Assembly (NCBI GenBank): GCA_043228905.1
Contig: JBHGNT010000010.1
Span: 19,158,001 to 19,222,000, forward strand
DNA: 64,000 nucleotides
Source: Azolla caroliniana
Taxonomy: Eukaryota > Plantae > Polypodiophyta
Direction of reading: 5' to 3'
The translations under genes were made by a program, and so were the position numbers. Below, in pieces: positions 50,479 to 63,008 of this stretch. Position 1 is the stretch's first letter, and each line of letters begins with the position of its first letter. The notes below the pieces were generated by a model. That model worked only from the letters and a program-made list of their open reading frames with translations, was not told the DNA's origin and searched no databases.

Positions 50479-51614
50479 ACCATATATGGATTAATCTACA
50501 CTCTCAGTTAAAGCATTGGACGATAAATATTCATGTATAGTGAAAAACCACACTGTATAATGACCAGAATAGGTCATGTATCAACATATGTGGATTAATC
50601 TTTTAAATCTTTGAATGCAATATTCATCTATAATGACAAAAGCAAAGCTACTTTAATGATAAAGAATCTGTGAATAATGAGCAAGAATAGGTCATATATT
50701 GAGAACATATGTGGCATTGTATACAAAATATTCATGTATAATGTTGAAGACACCTGCCTTCATAATGATTATGAAGTCTCTTGTATGATGATCAATGATA
50801 GCTTGTGTATTCGGTCGGTCTTCTAAATTAAGTCTTTGTTTGCAGTATTCATGCATAATTGCAAAAAATCTAACTTGATAATGTTGTAGATTTCTCTGCG
50901 GTATTAATGGAGGAATCTACATATATAATGAACAAAGACATTCCTTATAATGATAAAAAATCTTCCCAAATCAAGAATAGCTCATATGTTTACTATCATC
51001 ATACGTAGAGTAATCTTTGCTCTAGATCAAAGCTTTGTGTGCAATATTTCATTTATTTTTCTATGCTCTACTATACAAAGATTTGTATTTCATATCGAAG
51101 GGGTTTTTTGTTATAATTACCAAGAGTAGGGCATACAGCATGGCTTCTGGATTTATCTATGCTCTGAATTAAAGCTTTGCATGTAATATTTTAAAGGTGA
51201 AATTTGCCTATATAATGACCAAGAATAGAACTTATTTTGTTGCCTACAATATCTTTGTGTTAATTTATGTTTTAGGTTAAAGGTTCGTATGTAGTATTGA
51301 AGGAGAAGTCGTCATGTATAAGATGAATAATAGGACACATTTCATTTGCCTATAATGCATTTGGATTAATCTATGTTCTAGGTTAAAACTTTGCGTGCAG
51401 GATTCGAAAAGCTGTCTCACAATGCATTTGATCTGCATTTTCTCTCTGCATGTGTTTTCATTTTAAGGTCCATTAAGTATTTGCATTTCTGTGGCGAACA
51501 TTACCAATGCATCGGTTTCCATTGCAATTGCATCTTTATATTGCTAGGAATTCATCCAAATCAGTAAGTTTCAAGTCTATATCAAGGCCCGTAAGCTTTA
51601 AGCAAGTTGGAGAT

Positions 51615-54600
51615 ATGGCTGACTTACAACCAGCCACCCCCTCTAGGGAAATTGATGGACAAAATCAAGAAGAGCCACAATTGGAGAAAACTGCATTAGG
51701 AGGTTTTAGAAATAATGACGAGCTTCAGAAGTATTATGGAAGAACTGGAAAATCTATCATAACCGGCTCCAATGCTATGCCAGATTCAGCTAGAATTGAT
51801 GGTTCACATACAATATCTAAGGAGATGCTTAAAGGAAACAAAGGAAAGGATATTAAGCTCCCAGAGGCCGATATTGTTGACTTGACTAATGATAGTCCAC
51901 TACAAAATGTGAGGCATACATCCAAGTTTCCAGCCTTCTTAAAGAGACATCATCGAGTAAGGTGTGACCATAGACCATCACGATCTTCAGATCAAAGAAT
52001 CCAATGTCAAATGCTCGATGGCGAAACATCTTCACCAGTTATTATACCAACGCTGAATCCAAAATCTCTTCAGAGCCATATAACTAGTAGACACGTGGCG
52101 GAAGGTAACTTGGATGCTGAATCAGGGGAATTTGGTGAACTACCTAATGTTTTAGAAAATGAGGAGTTAAATATGAAATCATCTGGAGGCAGTAATAACA
52201 CTATTAGACCTGCAAGTTCAAGAAAGAGTGAACAATCACCAAACAAGACATCGAAATCTGAGATTGTTCTTCCAATTAAACGGACACACTCTTCACTTGT
52301 CGGTCCAGCTAAACGTTGTCGACAGTTTAAGCCTCCAAGAATGCTTCGTTCTCAAAGAAATGCAAGAGGGTCTCCTTCAGGTGGAATGCAAAGCCCTATT
52401 GAGATAGATGATTTTGAAACTCCTGTAAGTGATTCCAAGTCCACCAATGTTCAATGCCAAATCGATGAAGATGAGATGTTGGCACGGGTCCTCCAAGAAG
52501 AATACAGTCTTGAAGATAGTGGAAGAAATACCTCAATGGTAAACACATTTCCGTTGATGCATTCCTTTTGTCTTTCATACAATTTCATCTGAGTGCATTG
52601 GAATAAGTTAGTTTTTGACAAGTTTAGCTGCACCCATTTTCATTGCATTCTTAGTAGCCTGTGGATTCATGCATCTTTTAGGATGCATGGTTTGTCTAAT
52701 GTATTTCTTTATGGATCTATCACACCAGGATGATGCGCAGCTTGCAAGAATTCTTCAAGAAGAAGAAAATGCAAGATCAAGACAGACAGCTCAACCACCT
52801 TCTCATGTTGTATGTATTTTGTTTGATGCTCACGAGCTTTCAAATGCATAATCAATATGATTGGTGAATAAGCAATGCACATAAAGTTAAGCATAATGTT
52901 TTTACTTTGTTTGACAGCCAAACTCATCGTCTGAACAAGTAGCTAGGAGGGAATTACAAAGAGTTGTTTCTTCTTTTAGGCCCCTTTCTGGTATGCCGAC
53001 ATCAACTTCTTCACGGATGAGAATTCTAAGAAATCTCCACCACAGACATGCAAGGATGGGCCAACGAGTTGGAGGAAGGGCATCAAATAATGCTGAAAAC
53101 CTGTTCCATTTTCCAGAAGGTTTAGATCTGGATACAGTAAGATGTCTATCCATTTGTTTTTTAAGATCGTTTACACTAGCATATGCACATACATGTGATT
53201 AGATCCATATATTTATGGAGAAAGCTCCGAAATAGGTCTGAGGTTTTCTTAATTTTCCCAAATACTGTTGATCATCCCCAGAAAGTGCAATTGTATGTGC
53301 TTTTTGAGCAATTTATGGTAATTTTATCCATTTTCGTCACCTATATGTGCTATTTGAGCAATTTATGGTCAATTCATCCCCTTTACTAACTTATATGTGC
53401 TATTTGAGTGTTTTATGGTCAATTCATTCCCTTTCCTCTCTATATATCTATATGTTATATAATATATATGCTATTTGAGTCGTTACATCGTGAATTTATC
53501 CCCAGGGATACTTGAATATTTTGGAGTTCCTCTGTCCATTATCACATATAGTAGTGTTGCTTAAACCCACATTTTTACCGATGTGGGTCCTAGTACAGTC
53601 TTGCATTCATAGATATGTTGTGTGTATATCTCATGTCGGATACATTTTAGACGTGCAAGGTACATATACATATATGTGCACGAATGTGAAGTGTCAAATG
53701 CACAAGTATGTTCAAAAGAAATGGAAAACTATATTTAAAAAGAGAGAACTAAATGTAATGTTTCGAGGGATGAACATGTGAAATTTGATTTTGCAGAGAC
53801 TAGAGTTTTTGGCATCTCTGGAGATGGCTTCATTAGGAAGCTTTCCATTATTAGCCCATGCAAATCGGGATTTTAACGAGTGAGTCACATAGTATTCAGG
53901 GTAATGTATATGAAACGTTTCATTCCACTACTTCTTGCTTCTAAATGTGTCTGATCTGGCTGATACAAGGAGTGATTATGAGATGCTGCTTGCCTTAGAT
54001 GAAACCAATGGATCGCATCATCGTGGTGCATCCCGTAACCAGATTGAACGGTTGCCAGTTTCTGAAATCCAGGTAATCCGTCTCATCTCTTTTTTGTAGT
54101 TGGAATGTTCTAGAGTTCGTCCATATTTGTGTCCATAAATAGTTTTTGGATATGTGTCCTCTCTCAATTTATTTACAATTTACATGATGGCATATGAAGG
54201 TAAATTTCTAGCCTCATCGTGTTTAGTTTAAAGAACATTACCCTTGTAAATTGGTTATTCAAAGACAACAATGAGTCAGCCCACACCATATTGTTTCTAA
54301 CTAAAATTGATTTTGATGACCAATGAGGATTGACCCTGAAGATAGCACTTTGGTGTCTTTAACGAAACTAGAATTTAAACTCATGAAAAGCAACTATTAT
54401 CATCCTTTCCAAATTCACTCAAGCATTCAGCTCTGCCATGGTTGCACCCGAGTTTATGATGTTTGTTAAATTTCTAATTAGGGTTCCCAATGCTATATAT
54501 CTTCACCTCTTTATTTTTTTAGTAGATTGTCTCCTTATGGATACATTCCAAAATAGAGTCAATTGATGTGAGGGGTTTGTTATGAAGTGTAATGTATGTA

Positions 54601-54893
54601 TTTCCTTCATAAAAATCTTGTTTATTGATGCTTTGACTTCAAAACAGCCTACAGATGTTTGTGAAGAGTGCTCAATATGCCTTGAGACTCCTATGGTTGG
54701 GGATGTAGTTCGACGTTTGCCTTGCATGCATAGCTTTCATCAACAGGTTTGCATTTAAATACTCTTTTTTCTAACATGAATGAATTTTAAAAAAGTAAGC
54801 GATTGATGGAACAAATAAAATTGGTGATGGCAGTGTATTGATGAATGGCTAGGTCAACAAGCTAAATGCCCTGTTTGTAAAGTGAATTTATGA
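51615..54893 (+). CDS. RING-H2 E3 ubiquitin ligase with a long disordered N-terminus, 7 coding exons
   Basis: Exons 51615-52538, 52729-52809, 52918-53136, 53797-53879, 53970-54072, 54648-54746, 54834-54893. RDFNESDYEMLLALDE..GAS..I.RLP precedes CSICLE..LPCMHSFHQQCIDEWL..CPVCK*. A probable 5'UTR intron runs from the donor at ~49643 to the acceptor at ~51547. Confidence 0.92.
53290..53505. repeat. ~50-bp intronic tandem repeat (about 4 units)
   Basis: TATGTGCTATTTGAGCAATTTATGGTCAATTCATCCC variants in intron 3 of the RING gene. Confidence 0.8.
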
Positions 54894-56316
54894 TTTGAAG
54901 AAATATTCAAGCTTTACATATTGCAGTGGTGTCCGAAAAATTGCTGCGCTTCTCTCTGCACGGGAAATTGTTTTTGACCAAAAAATTTCAAACCTTCGAA
55001 GCAAGGAAATGATTCAGCATATGAACTGAATATGCCTTGATATGTACAAATTGGTTGTTTTTGTTATCAAGAATTTGAGATAAAGGGCTAGCAATCCAAA
55101 ATGTTGATAACTTGTCAATATATCTTTCAAATGATTAGAGTAGGACATGAACCTTCCTTGATGAGTAAGTAAATTGCCACACCCTCTACAAAACCGAATA
55201 GTTCAGCACTTATTCTGATTATTCTTTATACTCTTGTAAAGTGGAAAGACACATACATCACTTGTTAGAGTTACTATGAAATGTTTGGTGCAATCCCATT
55301 AGATTTAAATTCAAACCTAAAGGTGAACACAGCCATGATGTAAGAAATATCAGCCAAAACATATTACAGTATATGCACACACATTGACGAGGGCGAATGA
55401 AAAATGTATAGATGTTGCAATAGTGTATCTAGAGATAATCAAAGCATATAAGTTAGAGTTCATTTAGATAAGAATCTCCAAAATAGGAGTATTGGTAGAA
55501 CAATGTATAAATACATGATGGACATATATAAGTTGAATTCAACTAGATGTTGATATCTAGATTTAGAGCATTATTGAACAACCTCACTTCGATATGTTGG
55601 CAACACAACTATAAACAATGAAAGAGTGAAAGGCCCCCTAAATTCTAAGACATGAATTCAACAATTGTATGAAACTTAGGAATTGAGGTGGCAAATTAAT
55701 ATTGGGATGATGGATGGGTGCAATGATACACACATGTGATTGTTCTTATCATAGAAGTAAGAAAAATGCATGATAGAAATGGACTTGCATTTGTCGTTAG
55801 GAACATGTTAGTCGGCAGGAGGTTGAATCTCAATGGTAGACCTAATACGTTACGTCTAATGCACTATTCCCAGTTAAGAATGAAATGGATAAGGGAAGGT
55901 AATGCCAATCTTACAAGATTTGTTGCTAGTATATGGAAGTTTATGTCTTCTAGATCTTGGGTTCAACACCACAAAGAACAATCAAAATGGATACGAAACT
56001 CATTGCTGTAGCCTATAACTATAACTATGGTTGGATGTGGAAGGCATGAGCTTCGTGGCACACCATTACTCAAAGTGTGACTCTTGTCGACAACAAAGGG
56101 TTTCACTTGAGTTTGAGAAATTGGAGTATGTGGAGTTTTGCCTGATTTTGAGGATCTTGAGAATGAGAGGCAATTTGAGGACGGTTGGTAGCCCACACCT
56201 AACAAAAGAGAGTGCTCTCTTCCGAGTGATTAAAAAAGGGATGGGTATTTTGCGAATTTTGAAAACACGCAGGCAAACATATAGGGGCATTTGTTTGGTA
56301 TATCCCCATCATCCAT

Positions 56317-56494
56317 GTATGTATGTGTGTAATGTATGTATGTATGTATGTATGTATGTATGTGTGTAATGTATGTATGTATGTATGTATGTATGTATGT
56401 ATTTATGTATGTATGTATGTGTGTAATGTATGTATGTATGTATGTATGTATGTATGTATGTATGTATGTATGTATGTATGTTGTATGTATGTAT
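56317..56494. repeat. (GTAT)n microsatellite, followed by (GAA)n at ~56576-56611, upstream of the PPR gene
   Basis: Direct reading. Confidence 0.95.
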
Positions 56495-56677
56495 GGATTG
56501 ATGAATGGACGGATGAAGCGAGACAGAAGGTTCGAATCAATTTGCAGAGAGAAACCAAACCATCGAGATCATGGTGAAGAAGAAGAAGAAGAAGAAGAAG
56601 AAGAAGAAGAAAGGAGAAGGAAACGTCTCCTTTGGTGCTTAACATGATATTGCAGAAGACATGATTTCCTGTGTTAA

Positions 56678-58732
56678 ATGGCTCAAAAACAACTCAAAAA
56701 CATGACCAGTAATGTCAAAAATCTACAGAAGGAGACCATCTCTTCGATAATACCTATGCTCAAATACTGTGCAAAGAAGAAACACCTAAATGAAGGTAGT
56801 AAAATACATGCTAATATTCTCAGAAATGGTTTACTTGAAAGATGGCCACATATAGGAAGTAGCTTAGTGAGCATGTATGCAAAATGTGGCGACTTTAAGA
56901 AATCACAAGAGGTTCTTGATGAACTTCAGTTTAAGGGAAATAATAACATATCATCCTGGAATGCTCTCATTGGTGGATACATCTTACATGGAAAAGAAGA
57001 AGCAGCATTGAATTGCTTTGATCAGATGAAATACAAAGAAGGAATACCCCCAGATTCCATCACTTTTTCTTGTATTCTGAAAGCTTGTGCTAACACAAGA
57101 GACATTTTTAAAGGTAGAGAAATCCATGATGAGATTGTAAAGTTAGATCTTGTAAAGAAAGATGTTGTGCTTGCCACTGCTCTGGTGGATATGTATGCAA
57201 AATGTGGTCAAATGAATAAAGCAGAAGAAGTGTTTTTTGAGATTAGAAATCGGAATATAGTGTCATGGAATGCTCTCATCACTGGATATGCTCAACACGG
57301 TCTTGTAGAGAAAGCATGGGGTTGTTCTCTACATATGCAAAGGGAAGGTATATCTCCGGATGCCATCACTTTCGCGTGTATTTTGAAAGCTTGTGGTAAT
57401 ACATCTGCTATTGAAGAAGGTGAAAAAATCCATAATGAAATAGTTCATCGAGGATTTCTCACAGAAGATATCATCATGCTTGGCAATGCTTTGGTAGCTA
57501 TGTATGTTAAGTGTGATGCATTATCTAAAGCTGAGAAAGTGCTCAAAAAGCTTCAGGGTCGGAATGTTGTTACTTGGTCTACTATTATTGGTGGATACGC
57601 CCATAAGGGCATGTATGAGGAATCTTTGAATTGCTTTGAGAGGATGCAAAATGAGGGATTCTCTCCAAATGTAGTTACTTTTATTTGTATATTGAAGGCT
57701 TGTGGAAATACAAGAGCTATTGCAAAGGGAGAAAAGATACATCATGAGATTGTTAGAAATGGGAAACTTAATTTGGAGAAGGATGTTGTGCTTGGCACAG
57801 CATTGGTTGATATGTATGCTAAATGTGGTTCATTGGAAAAAGCTCGTGAAGTTCTGAAAGAGCTTGCTTTTCGAGATGTTATCGCTTGGAATACACTCAT
57901 CACAGGATATGTTCAAAGTGGACAAGGTATAGAAGCTTTACATAGTTTCAAACAGATGCAAGAAGAGGGTCTCTCGCCAGATAATGTGACTTTTGGTTGC
58001 ATATTAAAGGCATGTGGGAGCGTTGGTGCAATTGAAAAGGGTGAAAGAATACATGATGAGATCGTTAGAAGAGGATTACTCGGCAAAGATATTGTTTTGG
58101 GCAATGCTTTGGTAGATATGTATGCCAAATGTGGTGCATTGGAAAAGGCTCAGGAAGTATTTGATAAAATTATTGTCCGGGATATTGTCTCTTGGAACTC
58201 TCTCATTACAGCATATGCTCAACAAGGGCGAAATGAGGAAGTGCTCAGTTGTTTCAAACACATGCAAGATGACAAAATATTTCCAGATTCGATGACATTT
58301 CTTTGTTTGTTAAATGCATGTAGTCATGCAGGTCTACTAGATGATGGTGAAAGATACTTTCTAGATGTAAGTAAAAGTTATAATATTGGTCTACATTTGG
58401 ATTACTATACTTGCATGGTTGATCTCTTTTGTCGTGCGGGACATTTTGAGAAGGCATTGATGGTGATTAAGAATCTGCCTCTTTATGATTGTATTCATGT
58501 CTGGAATGCGCTATTGAGTGCTTGTAAAAACTGGGGAAATGTGAAACTTGGAAGACTTGCTTTTGAACAAGCAATACAACTAGACAATAACAACCTTGCA
58601 TCTTATGTATTGATGGTTAATATATATATAGCTGCAGGCATGAAAGAGGATGCCAAAAGGATCGAAGCCATGAGAGAACAGTGTTGTTTTCCTGAAAGTA
58701 GGACATGGACTAGTATTATTACTATATTTTGA
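56678..58732 (+). CDS. PLS-class pentatricopeptide repeat protein with E domain and no DYW, intronless, 684 aa
   Basis: Repeated P-L-S triplets (LVDMYAKCG..., SWNALITGY, PDxxTFxCILKAC), then LLNACSHAGLLDDG, YTCMVDLFCRAG, WNALLSACKNWGN, SYVLMVNIY. The protein ends shortly after the PG-box position (PESRTWT). Confidence 0.96.
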   Translation: MAQKQLKNMTSNVKNLQKETISSIIPMLKYCAKKKHLNEGSKIHANILRNGLLERWPHIGSSLVSMYAKCGDFKKSQEVLDELQFKGNNNISSWNALIGGYILHGKEEAALNCFDQMKYKEGIPPDSITFSCILKACANTRDIFKGREIHDEIVKLDLVKKDVVLATALVDMYAKCGQMNKAEEVFFEIRNRNIVSWNALITGYAQHGLVEKAWGCSLHMQREGISPDAITFACILKACGNTSAIEEGEKIHNEIVHRGFLTEDIIMLGNALVAMYVKCDALSKAEKVLKKLQGRNVVTWSTIIGGYAHKGMYEESLNCFERMQNEGFSPNVVTFICILKACGNTRAIAKGEKIHHEIVRNGKLNLEKDVVLGTALVDMYAKCGSLEKAREVLKELAFRDVIAWNTLITGYVQSGQGIEALHSFKQMQEEGLSPDNVTFGCILKACGSVGAIEKGERIHDEIVRRGLLGKDIVLGNALVDMYAKCGALEKAQEVFDKIIVRDIVSWNSLITAYAQQGRNEEVLSCFKHMQDDKIFPDSMTFLCLLNACSHAGLLDDGERYFLDVSKSYNIGLHLDYYTCMVDLFCRAGHFEKALMVIKNLPLYDCIHVWNALLSACKNWGNVKLGRLAFEQAIQLDNNNLASYVLMVNIYIAAGMKEDAKRIEAMREQCCFPESRTWTSIITIF

Positions 58733-58959
58733 GAGCTAAATATGGTCCGTAGACCAGATCATCCATACAAAGTATGAGTAAATGGATTCCAGAATTGAAG
58801 GAATATACACACAGACCTTACACTCGTTTCGCCATGGAATCTTGATGCAAAGACTTATGGGGGTAAAGCATTCATATGACGTAAACCATAGGCTATCAGG
58901 AATGCTCATGCCTCCACTTGGTCTGTCATACTATCTTAGACAAATGCCAATTACACCAG

Positions 58960-59190
58960 AAAACACCTAGCGTTGATGGAAAGGCACCATCCAGTTTATC
59001 AGGTAACCTTGTGTGCTCTCTCAGCATTTATATGAAGTGAAAACCAATCTTCTCCAAACCACAGCCAAGTGGGAATGTCCATCCCTTCACTTGGTCTATC
59101 AATGTATCTTATTCGAAGAAAACCGCACCGTGAAAGCACCTAACCGTGATGGAAAGACACCATCCAGTTTATCAGGTACCCTTGTCTGCA
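58960..59190. repeat. Direct repeat pair (~45 bp core, 173 bp apart) downstream of the PPR gene
   Basis: GATGGAAAG(G/A)CACCATCCAGTTTATCAGGTA.CCTTGT at 58975 and 59148, with a weaker third copy near 59400. Confidence 0.75.
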
Positions 59191-62100
59191 TCATCCTCTC
59201 TAAAGGATGCATAGTCAAGAAAAAAATCTAGTGTCTTTGAGCATCATTGTCAATAAGAATAATACATTATTCTATAGCCTCATCCAATGCTTGAACAATA
59301 GTGTTGGACTGTGTATGCAAAGAGCAATGGACTTATCCTGAATGTCTATAACAAACAGGTTTATCCATGAATCTTCAAACCTAGAAAAACACCACATATA
59401 GGTGGTGAGGCATCATCCAATATATCATGTAGTTTTATATGCTTTCTACATAGTTACCTCTAGGAGATGTATAATAGATTGGGGTTTAGTTGTTTAAGGT
59501 TTGACAATACTTCTACTGGTCAGATGTTTGACCAATTCTAAAACCAAAAAAGCAGTTGATTACAGATTGAATCTTAATTCCAATTCAAACACGTTGGGCA
59601 AAATTGGAACAGGCATTCATATGTTTACAAAAAATTGGAATCAATGTTGCATGTGGTTTAACTCAAAAAAATAATGTATGACAGTTTGATGATGGTGTGA
59701 GGCTTGAGCTTCACATAATTCCACTGCAAATTTGGGTCTTGCCAAATTTGCAAGACCAATTAGTTTTTGCCATAGTATGTAATATACGCATTCGTCTGCT
59801 CAAACATTCGTTTACGTACGTTTTGCAAACGAATGCGTATATTATTCAAACATTCGTATGTGTTTTGTTGACTTCTTTATTTTTTTGTTTTTGCTCACAG
59901 AGGGGAGGAATGTTCTGCACAGGTGCATATCTTCTTCCGCCATTGGTTTCTGCACATCAGTGCAATAATGCCAAGCTCCTCTCTTCTCCCATCTAGCCTC
60001 GAACGTTCTGCATAGTTCACACTGCACATCTTGTCCCGCCATCAATTTCTGCACATCAACACGACGCCAAGCTCCTCTCTTCTCCCATCCAGGTATGTTT
60101 AGGGTTAATAATAGGGTTTAAAGTTTGAAAAATCATGCATGTTTCTCCATTCTCAACATCAGCGCGCATCAGACTCATTGATAGCTTCATTATTATGGAC
60201 ATGAATGGCTCATAGGTAGAACAATCAACCTCCATTTCGAATCTCTAGTTAATGGCGTTATCTCTCTTGTGCCTTTAAACAATTGTGATGTGGTGGTGGT
60301 GGTGCCTTGCTCATATGTAGGCTTTAACATTAAACAAACCTTTAGAATAATGAGTGATTCTAAAGTTTTGTATAATGCATTTATTTAATTTTAGAATGTA
60401 CAACTAAATCTCAATTTCTTTAAAGAGTAACATTTATGAGCTATGCCATTTTCATATCTCTTTTTGGCCATGGTGCGTTTTTAAATAGATTTTTAAGGAA
60501 TATGAGGATCACATTTACAATGTGCCCAAGCGGATCACAACTTATAGAGTTGAAGAATTAACACGTTTTTAACATTTACATATTATTAGCTAAGTGATAT
60601 CCAGCCAAATCGTGCCAATTGGATCAAAACACAAATAAAGTAGATGTTGACTCGCTTATAAACCACCATTGGCCTTTTATATCATACAATATTCATCATT
60701 TGTCGAAGTTTGATATATTCACTATTTGTTTTATTGCATATTGGATATGATGTGTCCATATTATTATATGCAATTCACATCCATTGTTCCCTTAGACCCT
60801 AAGCTGAACAATTTGTCCTAGTCATCTATGTAGACATTAATATCATGATGTTGTTTTGAAATTGCTCACGTGAATCTACAAAATTGTAGCGCCATCTCAT
60901 CTTTTGGCATGTATAGTCTCGAGGTAGCCTAATATATATGAGCAACACTTTCTTGAAATAGTGGTTTGATCACATCACATCATGGTTTCACAATAAAGTT
61001 TTTGAGTTTGATTGATCACTCATAATCATATATGATTTTTGTAATAACTATAATTGTGTTGATCTATATACTAATATTGCTTTGCCTATTCTAGCAAGAA
61101 AACAATCACAACAAGGATGTGTTCATGATTATGTTTTTGTTTGCATATAAGATTGCAAAGTGTGAATTTAAGCATTAACAATTATTGTCAAATATTAAAA
61201 ACGACCACATTTCAAAATTGAGAGGGTGACTTGTAATAAACATTAATGCTTAATATAATGTTTGCATTTGTAATGTTCCCCAGAGAAACACTCCAATGGT
61301 AATTGAGTTGGGCTTGCTTCAATTATCGAGGACACTGTATGCCTCACACATACATAGTTGAGAACAAAGAAATGGATTGGTTGTTCAAATAACTAAACAT
61401 ATATTCGCAATACTTAAATTTTGAAAGAAAGTAGATTGATTATTAGATAACAATAGGTGCATTACACATCACCATATTGATGCCGGGTTGGGATGATGGA
61501 TCTTACATACAAATGCTTATAGCACCAAATCATAATAAGGATGCTTCGTCTTTACACACATTACATTAAAAGAGCTTAGATGCCCCCACAAGTTACCACA
61601 TATTTCTTAGTGATTCCTTGAGCTTATTGATGAGTGCAACCCCTACATCTTACATCAGCCATTAATGTCACCAATAGAGGAGCTTTAAATATTTTTAGTT
61701 GAACCACGCATAATGTTGTTTGTGTCATGGAAAAAGCACATTGGAACTTGTGGCTATTAGTTGTCATCTAATACTTCATGTGAACATTATGTAGATACAT
61801 GTACATGTGGAAATGGCTTTGGGTAACCTTGAAGCTACACATAATTCTTGGTGGAACATCATGATCATAGTCGTTCGTAATTGTTGAGAGACATCAACGT
61901 ATTTACTAAGCATCAGTGTCCCTTGTGGCTAGCCTTTGAAAATGAATGCATGTTATTAGATGGCAATTAGGTTAAATTCAGACAATTTGGGCCTTTTGAG
62001 AAATGTTATGCCATGGGTACACTTATGCATGGAGGGGTGGCGAAATTATTAAGGAGATATTCTAAATCTTCCATCATATGACCTATGGCTCGATAGATCT

Positions 62101-63008
62101 TGGTGAGAGGAATCCAGGGCTTGAAGTATTGAGTTGTGATGAAAGAATTATGCCACTTTCCCCATAACTCCAAAAGTTCCCCAATGGAAGCCTATTTCCC
62201 TCTTCCTTTTAGAGAGAATTATGACATTCAAATATTCCAAAAAAAGGTCCAATATTGGGTTCATATTTTGTCCATTGGTGGAGTGAGGCTCAACCTTCTC
62301 ACACTTATTCTAATAAATTTGATAATTAGTCCGGTGCTATGATATTCAATTTCCAAGATCAATATATAATAAACTCTAGGTCTATCTACCTATCACGTGT
62401 CACACTCACCCTAATTTCATAGGAATGAAGAGGGCTATGGAGTTAAGATTAAATAAAAGGATTCAAGTTCCCTAGGGATGCAAGATACAAAGAAATAGTT
62501 TGGAAGATGGGATGCATTACTCTTGCTTTATGATGAAGTTCGATAGACCAATGGCTTATAAAACTCCATGTACAATATGTATGTGAAATTCTTTCATTTT
62601 GTGTGAGTCCCATAGGTCATATTCATGTGCCACATAGACTAGTGAGAGAATGATAAGAGATTTATCCCATCACAAGTGTTTTTCAAATGTTTGTATTTGA
62701 CCTTTAAATCATAAAGACAACATCTATTGATGTTTTTTAGTAGTCATACCATGAACAATAATTCTAATAATCTATGTATGTATGTATGGTCAAAGTAATT
62801 GTTTGAAACTTGGTCAAGAAGCAATTGCCAATAAACATGTACTTTATTATTAAGACCTTGTCAACTTATGGAATTGACAAGGAATTACATGGAAAGAGAG
62901 ATCAATGGCACACCAACATCCTCCATTTTTATCTCAAATTAGTACATCTATAGCACAACACTAGAAGAACCCACATGTTTTCAAATTTTTGTGGTACTAT
63001 ATATAATC

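Noticed and set aside
56323-56647. MYVC-repeat ORFs
   Set aside because: Translations of the (GTAT)n and (GAA)n microsatellites.
61250-62560. Possible decayed TE coding region (HWNL resembling a Ulp1-like protease motif at ~61738)
   Set aside because: No sustained reading frame or second motif; needs BLASTX/HMM to decide.
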